Positions 1 to 11,170 of a stretch of DNA of 64,000 bases are shown in pieces. Source of the DNA: Chthoniobacterales bacterium (GTDB lineage Bacteria > Verrucomicrobiota > Verrucomicrobiia > Chthoniobacterales > Chthoniobacteraceae); assembly GCA_038207335.1 (NCBI GenBank), contig JBBQZX010000007.1:64001-128000 (forward strand), written 5' to 3'. How positions within the stretch are numbered: the first letter of the stretch is position 1; every line of letters begins with the position of its first letter. The translations under genes and the position numbers were made by a program. The notes under the pieces were generated by a model that searched no databases, was not told the origin of the DNA, and saw only the letters and a list, made by a program, of their open reading frames with translations.

Positions 1-713
<713 letters not shown>

Positions 714-756
714 CAGCATTCGCGGCCGATCGACCCGGCGCGCGCGATTTCCCTGC

Positions 757-1620
757 ATGTCCAGACTCCTGACACTCGGGCACTCGCCCGATCCCGATGA
801 CGCGTTCATGTTTTACGCGCTCGCGGAGCACAAGATCGAGACGCACGGCTGGCAGTTCGAGCACATCCTGCAGGACATCCAGACGCTGAACGAGCGGGCG
901 ACACGCGGCGAACTGCACATCTCCGCGATCTCGATCCACGCCTACGCGCACGTCCTCGACCGCTACGCGCTGCTGCCGTGCGGCGCGAGCATGGGCGACG
1001 GATACGGTCCGCTCGTCATCGCGCCAGCGGGCGACACCGCGCCCGACATTTCCGATGCGAGCGCCGTGCGCGCGTGGCTGCGCGGCAAAAAGATCGCCGT
1101 CCCGGGCAAGATGACGAGCGCGTATCTCGCTCTGCAGCTTTACGCCGGCGAGTTCGATCACGTCGTCGTGCCGTTCGATGAAATCTTTGAGTTTGTCTCT
1201 GCTGGAAAAGCGGACGCCGGGCTCATCATTCATGAGGGGCAGCTCACGTATCAGCGCGATGGATTCCAGAAAATCGTCGATCTCGGCGAGTGGTGGAAAG
1301 CGGATACCGGCCTGCCGCTGCCGCTCGGTGGAAACGTCATCCGCAAAGACATTGCGCCCGCCGACCGGAGCGCGATCAATGTGATCCTGCGCGAAAGCAT
1401 CCGCTACGGGCTCGAGCATCGCGCCGCCGGAGTCGCGCACGCGATGCCCCTGGCGCGAGGGATGGATACCACGCTCGCGGACGAATTCATCGGCATGTAT
1501 GTCAACGACTACACGCTCGACTACGGCGACTCCGGCCGCCGCGCGATCCGCGAATTTCTGTGCCGTGCCCACGCCGCCGGCCTCATCTCCGCGCCGGTGG
1601 AGTTGGAATTCGTGAGCTGA
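757..1620 (+). CDS. mqnD: 1,4-dihydroxy-6-naphthoate synthase (futalosine menaquinone pathway)
   Basis: GHSPDPDDAFMFYAL, DIQTLN, GASMGDGYGP, AGLIIHEGQLTY, LPLPLGG, MYVNDYT. Confidence 0.93.
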   Translation: MSRLLTLGHSPDPDDAFMFYALAEHKIETHGWQFEHILQDIQTLNERATRGELHISAISIHAYAHVLDRYALLPCGASMGDGYGPLVIAPAGDTAPDISDASAVRAWLRGKKIAVPGKMTSAYLALQLYAGEFDHVVVPFDEIFEFVSAGKADAGLIIHEGQLTYQRDGFQKIVDLGEWWKADTGLPLPLGGNVIRKDIAPADRSAINVILRESIRYGLEHRAAGVAHAMPLARGMDTTLADEFIGMYVNDYTLDYGDSGRRAIREFLCRAHAAGLISAPVELEFVS

Positions 1621-1633
1621 AGCGCGGCGCTTC

Positions 1634-3229
1634 CTAGTCCTCCGCGGCGAGTTCCTCGAGGCGGGCGCCGATGCGGACGTGCAGGATGCCGGTGCCGATT
1701 ACGAGAGCGGTGATGAGGCCGACGAAAGCCGCCTGTCCCATCATGTAAAACGCGAGCGGGACTGCGAACATGCTGCCCGCATATACGGCTGCGATGGCCA
1801 TCGGGAGCGCGCCCCATTTGAAGCGCAACGAGAACATCACCACGAGATGAATGCCGAAAATGACAAGTAGGAAACCAAACGTCATGCCCCCAATGGCCTG
1901 CCATTCGATCGCGACGCGGAGCGCCCGGTCGAGCCCGACCTTCTGTTTCCACTCCCACCATTTTTGCAGGCTTCGCACGATTTCCGGCGTGGCGCACGCG
2001 AGACCGATGAAGAAATAGATCACCACCGGGAGCCATGCGAGGAGCGCGGCGGCGACCTTTTGATACGCGATCGAGCGCATGGTGAGCGGGAGGGTCGCGA
2101 GACTGGAGAGCGTCTTCCAGCGACGCTCCTGGCGGAAGATGCGGCCGGAAATGATCGCGAGTTCGATGGCACCAGCGAGCGCGGAGCAAAGCATCAACGT
2201 GAAACCGAAACCGGACCAAGTCCATTTCGTGTTGTTGAGATCGACGATGTAAACGATAGCGAGGCCGGTGAAGGCGTAGGCGAGCAACTTCGCGATGACG
2301 GCGGTCAGGCCGCCGTTCACGAAGTTGAAATCTTTCCAAATCAGCGCCCAGCGCCACGGGCGGCCAGCGGCAAAAAGTCGCAGTTTCGATGTGCGCTTGA
2401 AGATGAATCCGCGGCGCGGGACGGCGTCTTTTTGATCGCGGCAGAAAAGCTCGAAGACGGACCACGCGATGAGAAAGCAGGCGAGGCCGAGCGCTAGATT
2501 GCTCCAGAATTGGAGGCCGATGAGTTCGCCCGTGAAGCCGGTCGAGAGCACCTCAGCAAAGCGCGAAAGCGGCGACATGCGCGTCCATGCCGCGAGCGCG
2601 GAAGCAAGCGCTGGAGCGGGTTGCGAGGCGGCGATCAGGCTGTATTCGTGGAGCACCCACTGAATCCCGGGGATCAGCACAGGTCCGACGAAAAAGAGGA
2701 AAAGCACGGTGCCAGTTTTCAGCGCGGCGCCCGCTGTGCGCGCGCTCATCACCGAGAAGAGCAGCGCGAGATTGCTGAGGAAGATGATGAAGGCCGCGAG
2801 CGCGAGATAAACCGCGAGAATTTGCCGGATCGAGATGCCGCCGAATGAGACTGCGAGGAGCGTGAACGGGATTTGCGTGGCGAGCAGGAGCAGCGCGCCG
2901 AAGAGCCGGCTCGTCGATTTCCCGAGCAGGATCGAGAGCGGGTTGAGGTTCGTCATCCGCAGCAGGCCGAGCGTCATCTCCTCTTTTTCCTCGGTGATGG
3001 CAGAGGCGAAGTAGCTGAGCCCGGCGAGGCCGATGAAGAAGAAATTCGCGGACGTGGCCGAGGCGAAAAACGCGAGCCCCGGCGCGCCGGACCAGCCGAG
3101 CGAGAGGTGCGTCGTGAACATCATCACGAGCATGAGCCCGACGAGCCCCGCGCGCGCCCAGTAGGTCGATTTCGCACGCACATCCTGCCGGAGCGAGCGG
3201 TTGAAAAGCGCGAGGAGCGGGCTGATCAT
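1634..3229 (-). CDS. ABC transporter permease (ABC-2-like, duplicated membrane domain)
   Basis: Many hydrophobic helices; ITEEKEEMTLGLLRMTNL...ILLGK motif, echoed as RQERRWKTLSSLATLPL; 4-nt overlap with the ATPase gene. Confidence 0.85.
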   Translation of the reverse strand: MISPLLALFNRSLRQDVRAKSTYWARAGLVGLMLVMMFTTHLSLGWSGAPGLAFFASATSANFFFIGLAGLSYFASAITEEKEEMTLGLLRMTNLNPLSILLGKSTSRLFGALLLLATQIPFTLLAVSFGGISIRQILAVYLALAAFIIFLSNLALLFSVMSARTAGAALKTGTVLFLFFVGPVLIPGIQWVLHEYSLIAASQPAPALASALAAWTRMSPLSRFAEVLSTGFTGELIGLQFWSNLALGLACFLIAWSVFELFCRDQKDAVPRRGFIFKRTSKLRLFAAGRPWRWALIWKDFNFVNGGLTAVIAKLLAYAFTGLAIVYIVDLNNTKWTWSGFGFTLMLCSALAGAIELAIISGRIFRQERRWKTLSSLATLPLTMRSIAYQKVAAALLAWLPVVIYFFIGLACATPEIVRSLQKWWEWKQKVGLDRALRVAIEWQAIGGMTFGFLLVIFGIHLVVMFSLRFKWGALPMAIAAVYAGSMFAVPLAFYMMGQAAFVGLITALVIGTGILHVRIGARLEELAAED

Positions 3230-4176
3230 GTCCGCACTCCAGGCTCGGTGAGGTCCATGAATGCTTGGTTGAGCTGTTTGGTCTCGGCCTCGAAGCCGGT
3301 GATTTGCGCGCCAGTGGCGAGGGCGGTTTGAAGGATCGTGTTCACCGGGAGTTTTTGCCGGTCGAAGACGAGGGTGTAGCGCGGGACAGTCGGCAGCGGC
3401 GAGCTCACGGCGGTCATGCCGGGGAGTTTCGAGAGGGCGTCGATGCTCGCGGGATGCTCAGCGGTGAGCGTGAGCACGTAGGTCGCGGTCTCGCTCGTGT
3501 CGTCTGAGATGAGGCCGCGCATGGTGCCGGTGTATTTCACCGCACCGCGATCCATGATGGTGACGTGGTCGCAGAGCGTCGCGAGTTCGCTGAGTATGTG
3601 GGAGCTGATAAAAATGGTTTTCCCAAGCCGCCGCAGCTCCTCGAGGATTTCCATGAGCTCGATGCGGGCGCGCGGGTCGAGGCCGCTCGCGGGTTCATCG
3701 AGCAAGAGCAAATCGGGGTCATGCACCAGCACGCGCGCGAGGCTGACGCGCTGCTGCATGCCGCGCGAGAGGCCGCTGATCATGTCGTCTTTGCGCCCGT
3801 CCATGTCGGTGAGGGTGAGGACGTCGGAAATGGTTTTGTCGCGCGCGGCTTGGGCGAGGCCGTATGCGGCGCCGAAGAAATCGAGGTACTCGAAGACGGT
3901 CATTTGCCGGTACATCGAGAAGTGGTCGGGCATGAAGCCGATCTTGCGGCGCACTTCGCGCTGGCTGCGCGCGATGTCCTGGCCGAAGACGCTGACGCTG
4001 CCGGTCTGCGGTTTCAGCAGGGTCGCGAGGATTTTTAAGGCGGTGGTTTTTCCGGCGCCGTTAGGGCCGACGAAGCCGTGAATCGACTGGCGATGGACGG
4101 TGAAAGAGATGCCTGTGAGGGCAAGATGCGCCTTGTACCGATGCTGAAGATTGTGGATTTCGATGATCGGTTCCAT
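3226..4176 (-). CDS. ABC transporter ATP-binding protein
   Basis: Walker A GPNGAGKTT, signature LSRGMQQR, Walker B LLLLDEP, H-loop SSH. Confidence 0.97.
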   Translation of the reverse strand: MEPIIEIHNLQHRYKAHLALTGISFTVHRQSIHGFVGPNGAGKTTALKILATLLKPQTGSVSVFGQDIARSQREVRRKIGFMPDHFSMYRQMTVFEYLDFFGAAYGLAQAARDKTISDVLTLTDMDGRKDDMISGLSRGMQQRVSLARVLVHDPDLLLLDEPASGLDPRARIELMEILEELRRLGKTIFISSHILSELATLCDHVTIMDRGAVKYTGTMRGLISDDTSETATYVLTLTAEHPASIDALSKLPGMTAVSSPLPTVPRYTLVFDRQKLPVNTILQTALATGAQITGFEAETKQLNQAFMDLTEPGVRT

Positions 4177-4356
4177 GTCGGGAGAAAGCGCGGTGCATTT
4201 GGAACAGGCGGCGGGGGCGGGGGCAACCCTCTGCTCAGGTTTGGCAGAAACCCAGGTGCGGCGTTGGTGCGACGGTGCGCGCCGAAAGGCGAAGCGCCTG
4301 CGGCGGGACGACGGACGAATCTCCAGAACTGGACGCCTCTAGCTCGACCGGCCAAA

Positions 4357-4374
4357 GCGGGAGCAAGCTCCCGC
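4357..4374. repeat. Short perfect palindrome (REP-like or terminator hairpin)
   Basis: GCGGGAGC-AA-GCTCCCGC just downstream of the 4389 stop, followed by TTT on the minus strand. Confidence 0.5.
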
Positions 4375-4388
4375 GCACGAAAGCCGGA

Positions 4389-4895
4389 CTATGCGCGCGG
4401 CTTTACGTAAACTCCGATGAGCGGACGCGGGGAGGGACGCGGCGATTCGAAGTCGCTCACGAATCCATACTGCGTGCGAATTTCCACATGACCCGCACCC
4501 TTACCCCCATAGACAATGACCGACCCGAGCGGCGCTTTATACGGGTCTTTGACGGTGAGCTTTTTGAAGCCGTAATCCTTTTGCAGCTCGCCGCCCGCCT
4601 CCTTCGCATTCGCGGTTTTCGGATACGAGTCGATCGTCTTCGAGTCGAGCAGCGCGGTTTTCACGTAGCGCCAGCAGCGGCTGATCGAGTGGCCGTGCGC
4701 CCGCTCTTGCGCGATTTCCGCGGCGTGGATCATCCGTTTGTCGTAGCGGTAGTTGCCGGACTGCGGGCCGAAGATCGCCTGCTTGCTCGCGTCGAGTTTT
4801 TGCGCGTTCGATTTGTCGTAGAGCGACTGGTCGGCGCGCCCGGTGAGTGGCGCGAGGGCAAAAATGAGGGTGAGGAGCAGGAGGGCTTTGTTCAT
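4389..4895 (-). CDS. Secreted CHAP/NlpC-P60-like cysteine hydrolase (putative)
   Basis: Start at MNKALLLLTLIFALAPLTGRA (signal peptide) rather than the 5513 ORF start; RCWRYVKTAL...GSVIVY...GHVEI gives a Cys/His pair. Confidence 0.65.
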   Translation of the reverse strand: MNKALLLLTLIFALAPLTGRADQSLYDKSNAQKLDASKQAIFGPQSGNYRYDKRMIHAAEIAQERAHGHSISRCWRYVKTALLDSKTIDSYPKTANAKEAGGELQKDYGFKKLTVKDPYKAPLGSVIVYGGKGAGHVEIRTQYGFVSDFESPRPSPRPLIGVYVKPRA

Positions 4896-5048
4896 CGTGG
4901 CTGGGAAAGTGGCGGAGGCTAGGGATCGAGGGCGGTGGGTCAAACAGCGAATCGGACAAATTTTGTTTCCCCGTAAATGCACTTTCCGAGCCGCGACGGC
5001 GCTTTTGAAAATCTTTCCCACGCCTCGAGCACGGCTAGATTCCCGCCC

Positions 5049-7133
5049 GTGAATCTCGAAACGCCGCTCGCCGAGCTCGACTGGATCGCGCCTCAGCGGC
5101 TGCGGCAGCTCGAGCGTTTCGGCCTTGCGAACGTCGGTGCGCTGCTCACGCATTTCCCACGGCGATACGAGGATCGCACTCGTTTTGATCGCTTCCCGGC
5201 CGGCGACGAGGAGCGCGCGGTGTGCGTCCGCGGCTGGGTGAAACGCGCTAGCTCGCGGCATGTGCGGAACGGCCAGAAGATGTTCGACGCCGTGCTCGAG
5301 GAGGCGCAGCCGCACGCGCTGAGCGAGCCGCTCGTGTGCAGGTGGTTCAATTCGTATTGGGTGGAAAAGCTGATCGCGACGGGGCAGGAACTCGTCGTGT
5401 ACGGCCGACCGAAGCGGTCGGGATCGAGCGTGGTGATCGCGCACCCGGAGTTCGAGGTGGTCGAGGAGGAGAGCGAGAATTCCGTCCACCTGAATCGCAT
5501 CGCGCCGATCCACGGAGCGACGGAAGGGCTCTCGCCGCGGATATTACGGAAGATCATTTGGGACGTGCTGGAGCATCTCGAGGCGGATGAAATTCCACCG
5601 CTCCTGCCGCCGTCGCTCGACCGGATGCTGCGCGCCGATGCGCTGCGGCAGATTCATTTCCCCGACTCGATGGAGCATCTGGAGAAAGCGCGGCGGCATC
5701 TCGTGCTCACGGAGTTTTTCACGATGCAGCTCAGCGTCGCCGCGAAGCGCACGGAGCACGCCGCGCAGTCCGGCGAGCCGCACGCCGGCGCGGACACACT
5801 CATGCGCGAGCTGCACGATTCTCTCCCCTTTTCCCTCACCGGCGCACAACAGCGGGCGATCGGCGAAATCCGCGCCGACCTCGCCTCGACGCGCCCGATG
5901 AACCGCCTGCTCCACGGCGACGTCGGCTCCGGCAAGACGCTGGTTGCCGCGAGTGCGATGCTGCTCGCGGTGGAGGCAGGCTTCCAAGCCGCGCTCATGG
6001 CGCCGACGCAGATTCTCGCGGAGCAGCATTACCTCACATTCAAGCGCCTGCTCGAGCCGCTCGGGATCGTCGTCGCGCTGCGGACGGGCACGCGGCGGGA
6101 GGAGACAGGCACGGGGCCACTCTTTGAAAATCACGCGCTCGCGGCAGCTCCGACTCCGGGTGGAGCACGCATCTTCATCGGCACCCACGCCCTCCTCTTC
6201 GAAGGCACCGGCATCACCAACCTCGGCCTCGCCGTCATCGACGAGCAGCACAAATTTGGCGTTGCCCAGCGCGCACGGCTGCGCGAGCAGGGCACTGCGC
6301 CGGATGTTCTCGTCATGACCGCCACGCCCATCCCGCGCACGCTCACCATGACCGTGTATGGCGACCTCGACGTAAGCACGCTCGACGAAATGCCCGCCAA
6401 TCGCGGCAAAATCGTCACCGCCGCGCGCGACTCCGCGAAGCTGCCCGACGCCGCGAAATTCATCCGCGAACACCTCGCCGCCGGTCGACAGGCGTATGTC
6501 GTCTATCCGCTCATCGACGAGTCGGAAAAGCTCGAGGCGAAAGCGGCGGCGGCGGAATTCGAGAAATGGAAGACGCTGCTCGCGCCGATGACCTGCGAGC
6601 TGCTGCACGGGCGGATTCCACCCGAGGAAAAGGACGCGATCATGGAGCGCTTCCGCCGCGGCGAGACAAAGGCGCTCATCGCCACGACCGTCATCGAGGT
6701 CGGCGTCGATGTGCCAAATGCCAATGTCATGCTCATCGAAAATGCCGAACGATTCGGGCTCGCGCAGCTCCACCAGCTCCGCGGGCGCATCGGGCGCGGC
6801 GAGCACAAAAGCTATTGCATCCTGCTCACCGGAAAGACCGACGCAGCCGCGCAGGAAAAGCTCCGCATCCTATGCGAAAGCTCAGACGGCTTCGAGATCG
6901 CTGAAGCCGACCTGCGCCTCCGCGGCCCGGGCGACATCCTCGGCACCGCGCAGAGCGGACTCGCCCCTCTTAAACTGGGCAATCCGCTCACCGATGCAGA
7001 CCTGATGAAGCTCGCGCGCAATCAGGCCCTCGCGATCTTCGCCACCGACCCGCACCTCGAGCGACCGGAAAACGCGCCGTTCCGCGCCCTCATCGGCGAC
7101 CCAAAAAAGTCCGCGCTGGCGCAAGTGAGCTGA
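5049..7133 (+). CDS. recG: ATP-dependent DNA helicase RecG
   Basis: HFPRRYEDR, wedge domain, MNRLLHGDVGSGKT, DEQHKFGV, MTATPIPRT, QLHQLRGRIGRG, DLRLRGPGD; GTG start at 5049 chosen. Confidence 0.97.
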   Translation: MNLETPLAELDWIAPQRLRQLERFGLANVGALLTHFPRRYEDRTRFDRFPAGDEERAVCVRGWVKRASSRHVRNGQKMFDAVLEEAQPHALSEPLVCRWFNSYWVEKLIATGQELVVYGRPKRSGSSVVIAHPEFEVVEEESENSVHLNRIAPIHGATEGLSPRILRKIIWDVLEHLEADEIPPLLPPSLDRMLRADALRQIHFPDSMEHLEKARRHLVLTEFFTMQLSVAAKRTEHAAQSGEPHAGADTLMRELHDSLPFSLTGAQQRAIGEIRADLASTRPMNRLLHGDVGSGKTLVAASAMLLAVEAGFQAALMAPTQILAEQHYLTFKRLLEPLGIVVALRTGTRREETGTGPLFENHALAAAPTPGGARIFIGTHALLFEGTGITNLGLAVIDEQHKFGVAQRARLREQGTAPDVLVMTATPIPRTLTMTVYGDLDVSTLDEMPANRGKIVTAARDSAKLPDAAKFIREHLAAGRQAYVVYPLIDESEKLEAKAAAAEFEKWKTLLAPMTCELLHGRIPPEEKDAIMERFRRGETKALIATTVIEVGVDVPNANVMLIENAERFGLAQLHQLRGRIGRGEHKSYCILLTGKTDAAAQEKLRILCESSDGFEIAEADLRLRGPGDILGTAQSGLAPLKLGNPLTDADLMKLARNQALAIFATDPHLERPENAPFRALIGDPKKSALAQVS

Positions 7134-7154
7134 CGCCCGCGAACATTCATCTCC

Positions 7155-8324
7155 ATGCGCCGCCTCCTCTTTTTCCTGCTGCTCCTCGCGCTCGTCTGGC
7201 TCGGCTATCATCGCTGGAATTCCATCGCCCCGCGCCGCGCGAGCGAGACCTTCACGCCCGTCGAGCATTCGAAAATTGACCTCAAGGACGTCAAAGTCCT
7301 CGCCGCGCTCGACGCCGAATACAGCACACTCATCGACCGCGTCGTCCCGTCCGTCGTCTGCATCCGCACGCGTGGCATGGCGCCCGTGGATCCAGTGCAG
7401 ACGCTCTTTCGCAGGCGATCGGGTTCGGCGGAAAAGCGCTCGCTCGGCTCCGGCGTCATCGTCTCGAAAGAGGGTCACATTTTGACCAACTACCATGTCA
7501 TCGAGGGCATGAGCGAAATCGTCGTGCAGCTCACCGACGGGCGAACCGTGCCCGCCGTCCTCATCGGCGGCGACAAGCAGGCGGACATCGCCGTGCTAAG
7601 GATCGACGCGCCGCGCATCGAGGCGCTGCCACTCGGCGACAGCGACGAGATGCACGTCGGGCAAATGGTCTTCGCGATCGGCAATCCCTTCGGCCTGCAA
7701 GAGACTGTGACGCAGGGGATTATCAGCGCGAAAGGGCGCGCGATTAGCGACAGCGGCGTCGAATTTCTCCAGACCGACGCCGCCGTGAATCAGGGCAACT
7801 CCGGCGGCCCGCTGCTGAATCTGCGAGGCGAAATCATTGGCATCAACAGCGCCATCTATTCCGAGACCGGCGGCTGGCTCGGCATCAGCTTCGCCATCCC
7901 GTCGAACAACGCGAAGCGCGCGCTAGAGAGCATCATCAAAATGGGCCGCGTCGTGCGCCCATACCTCGGCGTGCTCATGAGCGACCTCTCGCCCGACCTC
8001 GCCGAGCAATTCCATGCGCCCGACCCGCAGGGCGCGCTGATCCACGACGTAGTGCCAAATTCACCCGCCGAAAAAGCGGGGCTCAAACCCGGCGACATCA
8101 TCCGCAAAGTGAGCGACCATGCGGTAAAGAGCAGCGCCGCGCTACGCGACCGCATCGCCACCGAAGGCGTCGGAGCGAAGCTCGAAATCACCTTTTACCG
8201 CGACGGGAAAGAGCAGACCACAAATGCCGAAATCGTCGAGACGCCGCCCGACGCGCTGGCACCCGAAGAGCCTGCACCCGCACCAGCGCCACCCGGAAAA
8301 AGACGCGGCTCGCCCTTCAAATAA
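7155..8324 (+). CDS. HtrA/DegP-family serine protease with one PDZ domain
   Basis: N-terminal TM; LGSGVI, TNYHV, DIAVL, GNSGGPL catalytic motifs; PDZ (YLGV, SPAEKAGLKPGD). Confidence 0.95.
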   Translation: MRRLLFFLLLLALVWLGYHRWNSIAPRRASETFTPVEHSKIDLKDVKVLAALDAEYSTLIDRVVPSVVCIRTRGMAPVDPVQTLFRRRSGSAEKRSLGSGVIVSKEGHILTNYHVIEGMSEIVVQLTDGRTVPAVLIGGDKQADIAVLRIDAPRIEALPLGDSDEMHVGQMVFAIGNPFGLQETVTQGIISAKGRAISDSGVEFLQTDAAVNQGNSGGPLLNLRGEIIGINSAIYSETGGWLGISFAIPSNNAKRALESIIKMGRVVRPYLGVLMSDLSPDLAEQFHAPDPQGALIHDVVPNSPAEKAGLKPGDIIRKVSDHAVKSSAALRDRIATEGVGAKLEITFYRDGKEQTTNAEIVETPPDALAPEEPAPAPAPPGKRRGSPFK

Positions 8325-8329
8325 TCCCC

Positions 8330-8548
8330 TCACAACTCCGCGCTCTCGTCGCGCCGCTCGAGTTTCAGGAGCTGCTTCTTCACGACCTCGACCTCTTTCG
8401 TGAGCGCAAAAAGCGCTTTGTAGACTTCATCCTGAGTCGGCTTGTCCGCGAGCGCCGGGACGTGCGGATGGATGCGCGTCACCGCAGCAGCGGCTTCATT
8501 GCAGGCTTCGCGGATCTTTTGAATGCCGTCGGTTCGTGTGGCTGACAT
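8330..8548 (-). CDS. Hypothetical small helical protein (72 aa)
   Basis: Fills the gap between htrA and coaB; natural amphipathic composition. Confidence 0.65.
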   Translation of the reverse strand: MSATRTDGIQKIREACNEAAAAVTRIHPHVPALADKPTQDEVYKALFALTKEVEVVKKQLLKLERRDESAEL

Positions 8549-8649
8549 GCGTCGATCAAAGCAGGGGCGCCGCTCCTATCAACGCCGCACCCGCGTTTCT
8601 GCAAATCGCCTCTGAGCCATTCCTGATTCCGGTGCTACACTCCACCTTT

Positions 8650-9288
8650 ATGCGCGTCATTGTCACCTGCGGGCCGAGTTCCGAGCCGATCGATGCGGTG
8701 CGGCGGATCACGAATTTCTCCACCGGTGAACTCGGCATCCTGCTCGCAAATGCGCTGACCGCTGCGGGCCACAAGGTCATCTGCTGCAAAGGCGCGAGCG
8801 CGACCTGCCATATCCCGCTCGATTGCGCAGAAGCGCACGCTTTCGAAACCAACGACGACGTGCTCGCGTTGCTCCGCGCCGTGCCGAACCGCGAGTCGAT
8901 CGGCGCGATTTTCCACGCCGCCGCGCTCGCCGATTTTCGTGTGAAAGGCGTCGCGCTCGCCGATGGCACACAAGCGTCAGCGTCGAAGATATCCAGTCGT
9001 TCGGGCGAACTCACTCTCACGCTGGAGCCTGCCACGAAGCTGATCTCCGAGCTGCGCCCGCTCTTTCCCGCGAGCAAAATCATCGGCTGGAAATACCAAC
9101 TCGACGGCACGCGCGACGACGCGATCCGCAAAGCCCGCGAACAAATCGCTGAGGCGCATTCCAACGCCTGTATCGTGAACGGTGCCGCATACGGCGACGG
9201 TTTCGGCTGGTGCGCAGCGGCGGGCGAAGTCGTCCACCTCGCCGACAAGTCGGCGCTCTGCGCGTGGCTCGCGCGCAGAGCCGTCTAG
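8650..9288 (+). CDS. coaB: Stand-alone phosphopantothenate--cysteine ligase (CoaB domain)
   Basis: VIVTCGPSSEPIDAVRRITNFSTG, HAAALADF, KISS, IGWK; no CoaC flavoprotein domain; ATG at 8650. Confidence 0.85.
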   Translation: MRVIVTCGPSSEPIDAVRRITNFSTGELGILLANALTAAGHKVICCKGASATCHIPLDCAEAHAFETNDDVLALLRAVPNRESIGAIFHAAALADFRVKGVALADGTQASASKISSRSGELTLTLEPATKLISELRPLFPASKIIGWKYQLDGTRDDAIRKAREQIAEAHSNACIVNGAAYGDGFGWCAAAGEVVHLADKSALCAWLARRAV

Positions 9289-9340
9289 CGCGACTATTCG
9301 CTTGCGACCCCTTTTTACGTCCGCGACGTTCCGCATTCCA

Positions 9341-11170
9341 ATGAGCCTGTACTCCAAAGACGAGGCCGCGGGCAGCGCGGCATCCACCCCCACGCGTGAC
9401 CAAGTCTCCGCCAGCGACACTTGGGATCTCACTGTGCTTTTTCTCACGCCGGAGGCATGGGCCGCCGCGTTCGGAAATCTCCAGCGCAGCTATCAGGACT
9501 TGTCGCGCTTTAAAGGCCATGTCGGCGACTCCGCGGCGAGCCTGAGCGACTGCCTCGATTTCGAAAAACAGCTTAGCCAGCAGATCGAACGGCTCGGCCA
9601 TTACGCCTCGCTCAAAAGCTCGGAGGACAGCTCCGACGCGGCAAATCTTTCGCGCGAATCGCAGTTCGAAAACCTGATGACCCGCATCGGCGAGGCCGCC
9701 GCTTTCATCGCGCCGGAGATCATGGCGATCGAGGACGCCACATTTTCGCTCTACCTCGCGGATCCTTTGCTGGAGCCGTGGCGCGTCTCATTGACAAAGC
9801 TGCGTCGACTGAAGCCGCACACGCTTTCCGCCAATGAAGAGCGGCTCCTCGCCCTCGGCTCCAGCGCGCTCCGCGGGCACGGCGAGACATTCTCGCAGCT
9901 CACGAACGTCGATATGAAATTTGGCTCGCTCGCCGATGAAAAGGGCGAGCCGCGCGAGCTGACGCAGAGCAGCTATTCCTCGTTCCTCGTGAAGCGCGAT
10001 CAGGACCTCCGGAAGCGCGCGTTTCACCAATTCTACGAGGAATTTTCCGCGCACCAATTCACGCTCGCATCGAGCCTCTCGAACTCCGTGAAGGCCGACG
10101 TTTTCAGCGCCCGCGCACGGAACTACGTGAGCGCCCGCGAGGCCGCGCTTTTCCAGGACGACATGCCCGTCGCCGTTTACGACAATCTGATCGCGAGCGT
10201 GCGCGCGAATCTCGAGCCACTCTACCGCTACTACTCGCTCCGGAAGCGGCTGCTAAAGCTCGACGAAATCCACGCCTACGACACTTACGTGCCGGTCGTC
10301 GCCGACATCGAGACGCACGTTTCATTCGACGAGGCGACCGAGAAGGTCGTCGCCGCACTCGCGCCGCTCGGCGATGAATACTGCCGCGTGCTCGCCGACG
10401 GCCTGCGCTCGCAGCGCTGGTGCGACCGTTACGAAAGCAAGGGCAAGCGCAGCGGCGCATTCAGCTCATCAAGCTACGGCAATCCGCCGTTCATGCTGAT
10501 GAATTACAAGGCCGATGTTTTCGCCGACATCTACACGCTGGCCCACGAGGCGGGGCACTCGATGCACACCTGGTATGCGCAGCGCGCTCAGAGTTTTCAG
10601 GATTACAACTACCCGATTTTCCTCGCGGAGGTCGCCTCTACTTTCAACGAAGAGCTGCTCACGCATCATCTCCTGGAGCAAACGAGCGACCGGCAGATGC
10701 GCGCATATTTGATCAACCGGCAGATCGACGATATCCGCGGCACGGTCTATCGGCAGACGATGTTCGCGGAGTTTGAAAAGCTCACGCACGCGATGGAAGA
10801 GGCCGGCGAGCCGCTCACGGTCAAGACTTTCCGCGCGACGCACCGCAGCTTGCTGGAGGCGTATTTTGGGCCGGAGTTTTCGCTCGATGCCGAGCTCGAT
10901 CTCGAGTGCCTGCGCATCCCGCATTTCTACAGCGCATTCTACGTTTACAAATACGCGACCGGCATCAGCGCCGCGGTGAGCCTTTCGCAGCAGGTGCTCG
11001 CGGGCGGCGATGTGCGGCGATATCTCGGGTTTTTGGAAAGTGGCGGGGTCGAGTTTCCAATCCCGACCTTGCAAAAAGCGGGTGTCGATATGTCGAGCCC
11101 CGCACCGATCGAAGCGACACTGCGGCTCTTCGCGCAGCGGGTGGATGAGTTGGAGGGATTGTTAGGCTGA
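9341..11170 (+). CDS. pepF: Oligoendopeptidase F (M3B)
   Basis: TWDLT, GKRSGAFS, TLAHEAGHSMH (HExxH), AEVASTFNE, IPHFYSAFYVYKYATG. Confidence 0.96.
   Translation: MSLYSKDEAAGSAASTPTRDQVSASDTWDLTVLFLTPEAWAAAFGNLQRSYQDLSRFKGHVGDSAASLSDCLDFEKQLSQQIERLGHYASLKSSEDSSDAANLSRESQFENLMTRIGEAAAFIAPEIMAIEDATFSLYLADPLLEPWRVSLTKLRRLKPHTLSANEERLLALGSSALRGHGETFSQLTNVDMKFGSLADEKGEPRELTQSSYSSFLVKRDQDLRKRAFHQFYEEFSAHQFTLASSLSNSVKADVFSARARNYVSAREAALFQDDMPVAVYDNLIASVRANLEPLYRYYSLRKRLLKLDEIHAYDTYVPVVADIETHVSFDEATEKVVAALAPLGDEYCRVLADGLRSQRWCDRYESKGKRSGAFSSSSYGNPPFMLMNYKADVFADIYTLAHEAGHSMHTWYAQRAQSFQDYNYPIFLAEVASTFNEELLTHHLLEQTSDRQMRAYLINRQIDDIRGTVYRQTMFAEFEKLTHAMEEAGEPLTVKTFRATHRSLLEAYFGPEFSLDAELDLECLRIPHFYSAFYVYKYATGISAAVSLSQQVLAGGDVRRYLGFLESGGVEFPIPTLQKAGVDMSSPAPIEATLRLFAQRVDELEGLLG

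Noticed and set aside
4896..5513. N-terminal half of the 374-aa ORF 4389..5513
   Set aside because: Largely antisense to recG; a clear signal peptide starts at 4895
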